A DNA stretch of 64,000 nucleotides from Deinococcales bacterium (lineage in GTDB: Bacteria; Deinococcota; Deinococci; Deinococcales; JAAFIG01): the NCBI GenBank assembly GCA_031414595.1, contig JANNVX010000098.1, forward strand, positions 1 through 64,000, read 5' to 3'. Every line of letters begins with the position of its first letter. Position 1 is the first letter of the stretch. Under the pieces are notes generated by a model, which searched no databases, was not told the DNA's origin, and worked only from the letters and a program-made list of their open reading frames with translations. A program made the translations under genes and the position numbers. Of the stretch, positions 56,226-64,000 are shown one piece after another.

Positions 56226-56927
56226 GTGTTTTCTGTAGAAGAATATAAAATTGCACTGCAACAACCTCTGAGTGAGACTCAGATTCAGATGCTGTCTCTG
56301 AATTATGCCGCCCCTGATATGGCAATTACTGGTATTCAAATGGCTCGAGGCATGGGCTGGGGGAATTTTGGCGCTGCCAATATGCACTACGGAAAACTTG
56401 GTAGATTAATTGCAAAGAGAATAGGGAAACAAATTGAACCTGCTTCTGATGGGGAAGTTTATCCGTTAAATGTACTGGCAGAATTTGTGGGTGGTGCTGG
56501 TCATCTCGAATGGTGGTTGTGGGAAAACCTCGCAGTTGCTCTTGAGGAACTTGAGTTGGTTGATTTTGGGAGTAACATTTTCCCTGAAGATGTGTCTCGA
56601 GAAGAATCTTTATTAGAAGGGACAACTTATACAGTAACAGTTAATGTTTTTGAGCGAAATCCAATTGCTCGGAAAATTTGTATTGAACATCATGGTTCAT
56701 CCTGTTCTATTTGCCAATTTAATTTTGGTGAAGCATATTCCAACATGGAAGGATTTATTCATGTTCATCATTTGCGTCTCCTGAGTGAAATAAGAGAAGA
56801 ATACATAATTGATCCAATAAAAGATTTGCGTCCAGTATGCCCAAATTGTCATGCGGTAATTCACTCTAAACGTCCAGCTTATTCAATTGAAGAAGTTAGG
56901 GCAATGCTGAAAAGAGGTTCTCTATGA
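56226..56927 (+). CDS. HNH endonuclease (McrA-like C-terminus)
   Basis: [22 protein letters not shown]...FIHVHH...[14 protein letters not shown]; stop overlaps the fadA ATG (ATGA). Confidence 0.88.
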   Translation: MFSVEEYKIALQQPLSETQIQMLSLNYAAPDMAITGIQMARGMGWGNFGAANMHYGKLGRLIAKRIGKQIEPASDGEVYPLNVLAEFVGGAGHLEWWLWENLAVALEELELVDFGSNIFPEDVSREESLLEGTTYTVTVNVFERNPIARKICIEHHGSSCSICQFNFGEAYSNMEGFIHVHHLRLLSEIREEYIIDPIKDLRPVCPNCHAVIHSKRPAYSIEEVRAMLKRGSL

Positions 56928-58099
56928 ATGAAGCTGTTATCGTTTCCGCCGTCCGCACCGCCGTTGGTCGTGGCTTAAAAGGCACACTGTCGAATACTCG
57001 AGCCGATGATCTTGCGGCTATTGTCCTTAAAGAATCCGTCTCGAGGGCGGGTGTAGACCCAAACCTCATTGAGGATGTTTACCTTGGTTGTGCCATGCCT
57101 GAAGGTTCGCAAGGGCTTAATTTTGCGCGTCTCTCGAGTTTACATGCTGGTCTGCCCGATTCGGTTCCGGGTGTGACGATTAATCGTTTTTGTGCGGCTG
57201 GTTTGGATGCGATTGCTTTTGCAGCGCATTCGATTCGAGCTGGTATGTATGAGTGTATTGTGGCTGGTGGGGCGGAAAGCATGAGTTTAGTGCCGATGTC
57301 TGGTTTTGCGTTCTCCGCTAATAATGCTTTGGTGGACTCGAGACCCGGTGCGTATATCAGCATGGGTCATACTGCTGAGAATGTCGCGGAGAAGTACGGT
57401 GTGAATCGTGCAGATATGGATCAGTTTGCGCTTGAGTCGCATCAGAAAGCGGCGGCGGCGATGGATGCTGGTAAGTTCAAAGACGAAATCGTGCCTGTGC
57501 CTGTTCGGGTGGATAAGCTCAAAGGTACAAAAACCATTTCGAGCGAAATGATGTTTGATACTGATGAACTGCTGCGCCGTGATACGACCCTCGAGGGGCT
57601 TGGGAAGCTGCGTGGTGCGTTCAAAGAGGGCGGTGGGGTTACGGCTGGTAACTCGAGTCCGTTTTCGGATGGTGCGGCGGCGGCTGTTTTGATGAGTGCG
57701 GCTCGAGCTTCTGACCTTGGTTTGAAACCCTTGGCGCGTTTTGTCAGTTTTGCTAGTGTTGGTGTTGCACCTGAAATCATGGGAATTGGTCCAATTGCTG
57801 CGATTCCTAAAGCCTTGAAACTAGCAGGTCTCGAGCTAAAAGACATAGACCTCTTTGAACTGAACGAGGCTTTTGCAGCTCAAGCGCTGGCGGTGGCTCG
57901 AGAAATCGGGATTGATATGAATAAACTTAATGTCAATGGTGGTGCGATTGCGCTGGGGCATCCGCTTGGTTGTACTGGTGCGAAATTAACCACGACTTTA
58001 ATTAACGAACTTCGTCGGCGTGGTGGGCGGTACGGCATGGTGACGATGTGTGTTGGTGGTGGGCAGGGTGCAGCAGGTATTTTTGAATTGCTGAATTGA
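56924..58099 (+). CDS. fadA: Acetyl-CoA C-acyltransferase (thiolase)
   Basis: [27 protein letters not shown] and TMCVGGGQG. Confidence 0.95.
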   Translation: MNEAVIVSAVRTAVGRGLKGTLSNTRADDLAAIVLKESVSRAGVDPNLIEDVYLGCAMPEGSQGLNFARLSSLHAGLPDSVPGVTINRFCAAGLDAIAFAAHSIRAGMYECIVAGGAESMSLVPMSGFAFSANNALVDSRPGAYISMGHTAENVAEKYGVNRADMDQFALESHQKAAAAMDAGKFKDEIVPVPVRVDKLKGTKTISSEMMFDTDELLRRDTTLEGLGKLRGAFKEGGGVTAGNSSPFSDGAAAAVLMSAARASDLGLKPLARFVSFASVGVAPEIMGIGPIAAIPKALKLAGLELKDIDLFELNEAFAAQALAVAREIGIDMNKLNVNGGAIALGHPLGCTGAKLTTTLINELRRRGGRYGMVTMCVGGGQGAAGIFELLN

Positions 58100-58182
58100 T
58101 TTACGACAGCCCTCCTCTTGCGGTGAGGCACAAATTTTCGCAATCCAACTAAATCAAGAAAAACGTGTGCAACGCAAAAAAA

Positions 58183-58315
58183 TCCTCCCCTGTCGTTAGA
58201 CAGTTGGGAGGTGGCACGAGTGCAACGAGTGACGGAGGGGTCTGCAACGCGGAAACGCTGTGCAAGACCCCTCCGACGCGCTTCGCTTGCCACCTCCCCT
58301 GCTTCGCGGGGAGGA
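58183..58315. repeat. 133-bp nested palindromic element (RIME/MITE-like)
   Basis: Nested arm pairs TCCTCCCC/GGGGAGGA, GGGAGGTGGCA/TGCCACCTCCC and CGGAGGGGTCT/AGACCCCTCCG. Confidence 0.8.
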
Positions 58316-58440
58316 CAAAAACCTAGTGCCTAGTCATGAACTAGAAAATCTAGTTTGCCGTCAAGCATAGTAGGGACAAATTAGTTGAAACATATGCCCT
58401 TTTGGTCGCTCAGCTTTTCTTTTTGCGTTATGCTGCTGCC

Positions 58441-59631
58441 ATGACTCGAGTGATACTGATGGTGGCTTTGCTGGTTTTTTCGGTGACGGCTTTTTCGCAG
58501 TCTCAGATTGGCAAACCTGACTCGAGTCTTGGCAATAACGGCACGACCCAAGCTGGGATTTGTGGCTTACAGACCATGCTAGATTTCCCAGACCGAAGTG
58601 TATTGCTGGTCAAGCAATCTCAAAAAACGCTGACGCTCTTAAAACTGACTCGAGCAGGCAAATGGGACACCAGTTTTGCGAATCAGGCGGTGCTGCGCTT
58701 GCCCGATTGGGATGTGCGGTACACCCAAACGGTTCAACAAAATAATTCGGATGTCCTGCTGGTTGGTGTATCCGACTACCAAGATTTTGACAGAGACTTT
58801 ATTCCATTGCGTTTGGTATTGGTCTCGGCGGCTGGAAAAGTAAAATTTCGGGTCAATTTGGATTTGCCGAGGCTCGATGGTGTTGCGGCGGCGGCTTGGG
58901 TTTGGTCTGGTCAGCGTTTATTGTTGGCATTTGGGGACGAAGCCAATCAAAGGGTTGTTTTTGTGCGCTACACCCTTTCAAATCGAGGTGAATTAGACCT
59001 TGACACCAGTTTTGCCACCCAAGGCTATGCTGAATTTAGCGTTATCACTCCAAAAATCCTCGAACTTCTGAGCGCCTTTGGTTCTGGAACGCCAGCCGTG
59101 ACAGCCTATGGTTTGGCGATGGATGCGGTTGGAAATTTTGCCCTGACCGGCGGAATTCAATTTAGAGGTCTACATTTATTTGTGGCTAAATTTAACAATG
59201 CTGGTTTTCTCGAGCCAAGTTTTAGTCAAGATGGTGTGGACATTGACGCTTATCCAAATGACATTGGTTCTTATCATTCTTTGCAAATTATGCCAAAAGG
59301 CGGTGTGGTTTTTGTTTCTGGCACGGATAATTCACCACAAGGCGATAAGCTCACTTGGTATGTAGATTGGTTTAACGAGCGAGGTGTGCGTGTGGATTCT
59401 CAGGGTCTTGACTCACTCGAGTCAGGGGATTTTTATGCCAAGACCTATCCAACAGGCGAGGTTATTTTTTTGGATGAACAAAAAGTAATGCTCCACACAC
59501 CAAACAACAAACCGCGTTGGCTGGCGGCAATCCCAGCCAAACTCGAGGATTTTAGTCTCACCACCGACAAAAAACTCTTGCTTGGTTATTGCCAAAAAAA
59601 TCAATTGCTGATTCGCCGTATCACTTTTTAG
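58441..59631 (+). CDS. Secreted beta-propeller-like protein with delta-60-type repeats
   Basis: Signal peptide; repeats GKPDSSLG.NG, GKWDTSFA, LDTSFA..G and G.LEPSF..DG. TATGCT 6 nt before ATG 58441. Confidence 0.65.
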   Translation: MTRVILMVALLVFSVTAFSQSQIGKPDSSLGNNGTTQAGICGLQTMLDFPDRSVLLVKQSQKTLTLLKLTRAGKWDTSFANQAVLRLPDWDVRYTQTVQQNNSDVLLVGVSDYQDFDRDFIPLRLVLVSAAGKVKFRVNLDLPRLDGVAAAAWVWSGQRLLLAFGDEANQRVVFVRYTLSNRGELDLDTSFATQGYAEFSVITPKILELLSAFGSGTPAVTAYGLAMDAVGNFALTGGIQFRGLHLFVAKFNNAGFLEPSFSQDGVDIDAYPNDIGSYHSLQIMPKGGVVFVSGTDNSPQGDKLTWYVDWFNERGVRVDSQGLDSLESGDFYAKTYPTGEVIFLDEQKVMLHTPNNKPRWLAAIPAKLEDFSLTTDKKLLLGYCQKNQLLIRRITF

Positions 59632-59645
59632 CGTAAACTGTCTCC

Positions 59646-60620
59646 ATGACCCTTGCAAGCACCGACCTTTGGCTCGAGCGTAATTCTGGAATGCCGTTTG
59701 ATTTGTCTTGGCTCGAGGAAACCCGTGTCAATAAAAGCGCCGTCGAGCGCCGTGCCGCCACCATCGGCACACGCCGCAGCGTCAAAAAAGAATTCCAAGC
59801 GGCGTGGTTGCTGCGTGCCATTACCCTGATTGACCTGACCACACTTTCTGGCGATGATACAGACACCAATGTGCAGCGCCTTTGCGCCAAAGCCCGTAAT
59901 CCTGTGCGCCAAGATATTCTCGAGTCCTTGGGCGCAAGTGCTTTGGGCATTACCACGGGCGCAATTTGTGTCTACCATCCGTTTGTTAAAACTGCCGTTA
60001 AAGCCCTTGAGGGCAGTGGAGTCCCAGTCGCAGCCGTCAGTACCGCCTTTCCAGCAGGGCTTGCCCCAATGAAAACCCGTCTCGAGGAAGTGCGGGCGAG
60101 TGTATCTGATGGTGCAAGCGAAATTGACATGGTGATTACTCGAGGGCTGGTGCTTGGCAATAAATGGGAAGCGCTACATGACGAAGTGCGCCAAGTCCGC
60201 GAGGCTTGTGGTAACTCGAGACTAAAGGTAATTCTGGCAACGGGTGAACTTGGCAGCCTGACCAATGTGGCAAGGGCAAGCCTGACCGCAATGATGGCAG
60301 GGGCAGACTTTATTAAAACCAGTACAGGCAAAGAAAGCGTCAATGCCACCCTCCCCGTGACCTTGGTGATGGTGCGGCAAATTAGGGCGTACCTCGAGCG
60401 CACGGGCTACCGCGTTGGCTACAAACCCGCCGGCGGGATTCGCACTGCCAAAAATTCCCTCGAGTATCTGTTTTTAATGCGTGATGAACTTGGTCTGCCG
60501 TGGTGTGAATCGCACTTATTTAGGTTTGGGGCAAGTGGACTTTTAACCGACATCGAGCGTCAACTCGAGCATTATGTGACGGGTGCGTACTCGAGTGCCA
60601 AGCGTCACGCCATGCCTTAA
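59646..60620 (+). CDS. deoC: Deoxyribose-phosphate aldolase (long form)
   Basis: IDLTTLSGDDT, GASEIDMVI, LKVILATGEL, GADFIKTSTGK, KPAGGIR and FRFGASGLL. Confidence 0.94.
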   Translation: MTLASTDLWLERNSGMPFDLSWLEETRVNKSAVERRAATIGTRRSVKKEFQAAWLLRAITLIDLTTLSGDDTDTNVQRLCAKARNPVRQDILESLGASALGITTGAICVYHPFVKTAVKALEGSGVPVAAVSTAFPAGLAPMKTRLEEVRASVSDGASEIDMVITRGLVLGNKWEALHDEVRQVREACGNSRLKVILATGELGSLTNVARASLTAMMAGADFIKTSTGKESVNATLPVTLVMVRQIRAYLERTGYRVGYKPAGGIRTAKNSLEYLFLMRDELGLPWCESHLFRFGASGLLTDIERQLEHYVTGAYSSAKRHAMP

Positions 60621-60685
60621 AGAGCATAGACGAGAGGAAAAACTTTTACCTTTCGCCTTTTGACCTCCAATGTTATGCTCGTCTC

Positions 60686-61447
60686 ATGCCTTCACTTCGT
60701 GATTATCTCGAGACCTGCATAGACGCTGCTTACCTTGGTGGGAAACGCACTTTGGCGTACTTTAATACGGGTGTGGATGTAGAAACCAAAAGCAATGACA
60801 CACCTGTTACCATTGCCGACAAAGAAGCCGAGTTGGTCATTCGGGAGCGGATTAAACGCGATTATTCGGGTCACAGCATCATTGGCGAAGAAGGCGGCTT
60901 AGAGTCTGGCGATTCCGAAATGCGCTGGATTATTGACCCGCTCGATGGCACAAAATCCTTTATTCGGGGTGTACCACTGTACGGCACATTGGTTGCCCTC
61001 GAGATTGCAGGAGTGGCTAGTGTTGGCGCGGTGTACTTGCCAGTCCAGAACGAAATGTTGTATGCCGCCAAGGGCATGGGGGCGTTTTTGAATGGGCGGG
61101 TGGCTCGAGTGTCAACAACCAAAAAACTCGAGGAGGCAACGCTTTTAACCACCAGTTCGGAATCATGTCGCAAACGGGGTTCGCAATACGATGCTCTAGC
61201 TTCTCGAGTGCAATTAACCCGTGGTTGGGGCGATTGCTTCGGCTATGTGCTACTTGCAACAGGCAGAGCCGATATTATGCTTGATGCTGGCATGAACGTC
61301 TGGGATTGTGCGCCTCTGCTACCGATTCTCGAGGAGGCTGGCGGGCATTTTACGACTTGGGCGGGAGTGCCAACCATTCACGGCTCGGATGCGGTGGGGA
61401 CGAACGATGGGCTGCATAGCCAAGTTCTCGAACTATTGGCGGGTTAA
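60686..61447 (+). CDS. hisN: Histidinol-phosphatase, inositol monophosphatase family
   Basis: TPVTIAD..AE, IGEE, WIIDPLDGTKSF.RG, GWGDCFGY and WD.A. Confidence 0.8.
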   Translation: MPSLRDYLETCIDAAYLGGKRTLAYFNTGVDVETKSNDTPVTIADKEAELVIRERIKRDYSGHSIIGEEGGLESGDSEMRWIIDPLDGTKSFIRGVPLYGTLVALEIAGVASVGAVYLPVQNEMLYAAKGMGAFLNGRVARVSTTKKLEEATLLTTSSESCRKRGSQYDALASRVQLTRGWGDCFGYVLLATGRADIMLDAGMNVWDCAPLLPILEEAGGHFTTWAGVPTIHGSDAVGTNDGLHSQVLELLAG

Positions 61448-61912
61448 TATCACCCAATCAAAACTAAATTCGTGTTTTTCGTCTGTGCCATGATGAATTC
61501 TCGAGACTTCTTGCCACTCGAGCGGGTTGTATTTTGGGAAAAACGCATCGGCATTTTCAACTTGCGTATTGACTAAAGTCAGGTACATTGTTGAAGCAAG
61601 CGGCAGTGCTAAAGTGTAAATCTCACCGCCACCAATCACCATTAAATTTGGCTCGAGGGCAAGCGCTTGTTCTAAACCATGTACGATTTCAATACCATCG
61701 GCTGTAAAACTTGGGTCCCTTGTCAGAACGATGTTATGGCGTTTGGGTAAGGCTCGTCCGATGCTCAAAAAAGTTTTGCGCCCCATCAGCACAGTTTTTT
61801 CTAAAGTTACGCGCTTAAAGTATTTCAGGTCATCGGGCAAATACCAAGGCATGGCGTTCCCAAAGCCAATTGCATGGTTTGAATCTATGGCAGCAATCAT
61901 CTCGAGGCTCAT
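61433..61912 (-). CDS. folA: Dihydrofolate reductase
   Basis: [28 protein letters not shown] and IGGGEIY. Confidence 0.95.
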   Translation of the reverse strand: MSLEMIAAIDSNHAIGFGNAMPWYLPDDLKYFKRVTLEKTVLMGRKTFLSIGRALPKRHNIVLTRDPSFTADGIEIVHGLEQALALEPNLMVIGGGEIYTLALPLASTMYLTLVNTQVENADAFFPKYNPLEWQEVSRIHHGTDEKHEFSFDWVILTRQ

Positions 61913-62703
61913 ACAGCCACCGTTGCTTTAATCCGTGGGTGTGGGTCGTAATTCTCGAGAACAATGTCTTCAAGTCCGAAGGCAAATAAATCCTCGACAT
62001 TGGGGTTCAAGCGCACGTTTGGTGAAGCCCGGACTTCTCGAGCAAGTTGGGTTTGGACTTGTTCAAAGTGATTGTTATAAATATGGGCATCGCCAAAAGT
62101 ATGAATAAATTCGCCAAGCTCGAGCTTACAAACATGGGCAATCATTTGGGTTAAAAGCGCGTAAGAAGCAATGTTAAACGGCACACCCAAAAAGGCATCG
62201 GCACTGCGTTGGTACAATTGACATGATAATTTATTGTTCGCCACATAAAACTGAAACATTGTATGGCAGGGTAAAAGCGCCATGTCGGGCAGGTCAGCCA
62301 CATTCCAAGCCGAAACAATTAAGCGCCTCGAGTCTGGATTCTTTTTGATTTCCTCGAGCAACCAGCTTATTTGGTCTATGGTTTGCCCGTCCTTAGCAGT
62401 CCACAAGCGCCACTGATGCCCGTAAATTGGTCCAAGCGAACCATCCGCCCTTGCCCACTCACGCCAGATGCTGATACCCATTTCTTCTAAAGTATTATTG
62501 TTGGTATCGCCCGTTAAAAACCAAAGTAGTTCGCCAACCACGCTTTTCCAATGAACTTTTTTGGTGGTCACAAGCGGAAAACCTTTTGCGAGGTCAAAAC
62601 GCATCTGATACCCAAAAACACTTTTTGTACCCGTGCCAGTGCGGTCAGCTTTGTCTGTTCCATGCTTGAGAATATGCCGTAAAAAATCATGATATTGCTG
62701 CAC
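61909..62703 (-). CDS. thyA: Thymidylate synthase
   Basis: [27 protein letters not shown] and [19 protein letters not shown] start at 62703 overlaps the galE stop. Confidence 0.96.
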   Translation of the reverse strand: MQQYHDFLRHILKHGTDKADRTGTGTKSVFGYQMRFDLAKGFPLVTTKKVHWKSVVGELLWFLTGDTNNNTLEEMGISIWREWARADGSLGPIYGHQWRLWTAKDGQTIDQISWLLEEIKKNPDSRRLIVSAWNVADLPDMALLPCHTMFQFYVANNKLSCQLYQRSADAFLGVPFNIASYALLTQMIAHVCKLELGEFIHTFGDAHIYNNHFEQVQTQLAREVRASPNVRLNPNVEDLFAFGLEDIVLENYDPHPRIKATVAV

Positions 62704-63713
62704 TACCGCTCCCAGCCTTTGGGGTGGCTCGAATACCAACTGATTAAACTTTGCACATTCTGCTCGAGGCTACGCTTAGGTGTCCAACCCAGTAGTTTCT
62801 CGGCTTTGCGGTAATCGGCAACCATTCGGTCAGCTTCGCCAGTCCGACGGTTTGGGTCTGGTGCAACAGAAAAGTCCTTACCAGTCACTTGTTTGACCAT
62901 ATTGACAATCTCGAGGACGCTGTTGCCCGTGCCAGTGCCAAGATTAAAAATCTCAGTACGTTTTTCTCGCTGTAAAAATTGAAGCGCTGCTACATGGGCT
63001 TCACCTAAATCCACGACATTCACATAATCCCTTATTGGGCTGCCGTCTGGTGTGTCTACGGTCGCATAATTAAACGTAAAATCACGCAAGCCCATCGCGC
63101 CCAGCACGGCGTTTTGCATCAAATGAAAACTTGGGCGTTTAGAATCGCCTATTTGTCCATCATCGGTTGCACCACAGACATTAAAGTAACGCAATGCCAC
63201 ATACTCGAGAATACCCAGTTTGCTGTACCACGCCAGCATATCTTCACAGATTTTTTTACTTGCGCCGTAGACACTTTCGGGTTGAACGACTGGGTGCGCT
63301 TCGTCAAGCGGCAAATACTGGGCATTGCCATAGACAGTGCAACTGCTCGAGAATACCAATTGGCGCACCTTGGCGTGGTGCATGGCTTCGATGAGGCGTT
63401 GTGTACCAACGATGTTGTTGCTAAAATACTCAACAGGCTGGTGCATACTTTCGCCAACGTTTAAGAGCGCTGCAAAGTGCATGACTGCCGTAATTTGATG
63501 ACGGGTAAAAATCGTATTTAAGTCTGAGGTGGCAAGGTCAGCTTCCTCGAGAATCAAGCGCTTTTCACCATACCGATTTTGCAGCAACTCGAGTGGAGCG
63601 CGGTAGCCGCGCACAAAATTTTCCAAGCAGACCAAATCAAAGCCAGCTCTGAGCAGTAACTCGCTTGCTACCGAACCAATGTACCCACCAGCGCCAGTCA
63701 CTAGAATTTTCAT
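62703..63713 (-). CDS. galE: UDP-glucose 4-epimerase
   Basis: [45 protein letters not shown] and DGSPIRDY. Confidence 0.92.
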   Translation of the reverse strand: MKILVTGAGGYIGSVASELLLRAGFDLVCLENFVRGYRAPLELLQNRYGEKRLILEEADLATSDLNTIFTRHQITAVMHFAALLNVGESMHQPVEYFSNNIVGTQRLIEAMHHAKVRQLVFSSSCTVYGNAQYLPLDEAHPVVQPESVYGASKKICEDMLAWYSKLGILEYVALRYFNVCGATDDGQIGDSKRPSFHLMQNAVLGAMGLRDFTFNYATVDTPDGSPIRDYVNVVDLGEAHVAALQFLQREKRTEIFNLGTGTGNSVLEIVNMVKQVTGKDFSVAPDPNRRTGEADRMVADYRKAEKLLGWTPKRSLEQNVQSLISWYSSHPKGWER

Positions 63714-63717
63714 GGGT

Positions 63718-64000
63718 TTAGCGTACCACTTCAAAAACAAGGTGCGCTAATTCTTTGGCAAAAATACCTTTCCAAGCGGTCTGCACAGCATTTAACGACC
63801 CCGGCATGGCAAAAATCAAGCAACCCCCGCCGTGTGCCAGTCCGCCAGTTGCCCTAGATAACATTGCGGCTGCGCCAACTTCTTGGTACGAGAGCATCCT
63901 AAATAATTCACCAAAGCCCGGCATAGGTTTCTCGAGTAAACCTTCGATAATTGGAATGGTGTTATCACGCTTGGTGATTCCAGTGCCGCCAGTAGTGAAA
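63718..64000 (-). CDS. moaB: MoaB/Mog molybdenum cofactor biosynthesis protein, C-terminal part (runs off window end)
   Basis: [13 protein letters not shown]...[12 protein letters not shown]...AMLSRA...FAMPGS. Confidence 0.88.
   Translation of the reverse strand, partial: FTTGGTGITKRDNTIPIIEGLLEKPMPGFGELFRMLSYQEVGAAAMLSRATGGLAHGGGCLIFAMPGSLNAVQTAWKGIFAKELAHLVFEVVR

Noticed and set aside
25455-60661. Shared 14-mer ACCTTTCGCCTTTT in two intergenic regions (about 25455 and 60648)
   Set aside because: Only two low-complexity copies; too weak to call a repeat family.
1-64000. tRNA, rRNA, prophage or intact IS elements
   Set aside because: No cloverleaf or T-loop signatures, rRNA-like tracts, integrase, structural phage genes or full-length transposase were recognised by eye.

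Overview
This is chromosomal DNA from a Deinococcota bacterium (probably Deinococcales-like). The evidence is a Thermus/Deinococcus-type SigA C-terminus, a Thermus-type FadR operator, a Uma2 gene, and many leaderless genes with a TANNNT box 5-7 nt before the start codon. The backbone is housekeeping and metabolic: ftsH (partial), a GH1 beta-glucosidase, terC/alx behind a yybP-ykoY Mn riboswitch, rpsA, rpmB, cheW-cheR, lysS, pilC, ilvE, a sugar aldolase/dehydrogenase/kinase operon, fadN-fadA, deoC, hisN and moaB-galE-thyA-folA. Accessory inserts are (i) an AT-rich module of a hypothetical gene, a RapA/SNF2-like ATPase and a convergent SigA paralog with a long N-terminal extension and an altered region 3.2; (ii) rloA-rloB; (iii) an NgoBV/NlaIV-like type II R-M pair; (iv) a nuclease/DUF2283/HNH cassette inside the fad operon; and (v) a T5orf172 gene. 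The most striking locus is a tandem pair of lipoproteins (42435-48188) whose core follows the motif order of anthrax protective antigen/binary-toxin B pore formers. The pair shares an upstream 11-bp-periodic operator, and no A subunit is visible nearby. Across the window, CTCGAG is extremely over-represented in all frames, and several intergenic tandem duplications fall in a narrow 23-25 bp size class. No rRNA, tRNA or CRISPR array was recognised. All family calls are by-eye motif recognition; no searches were run.
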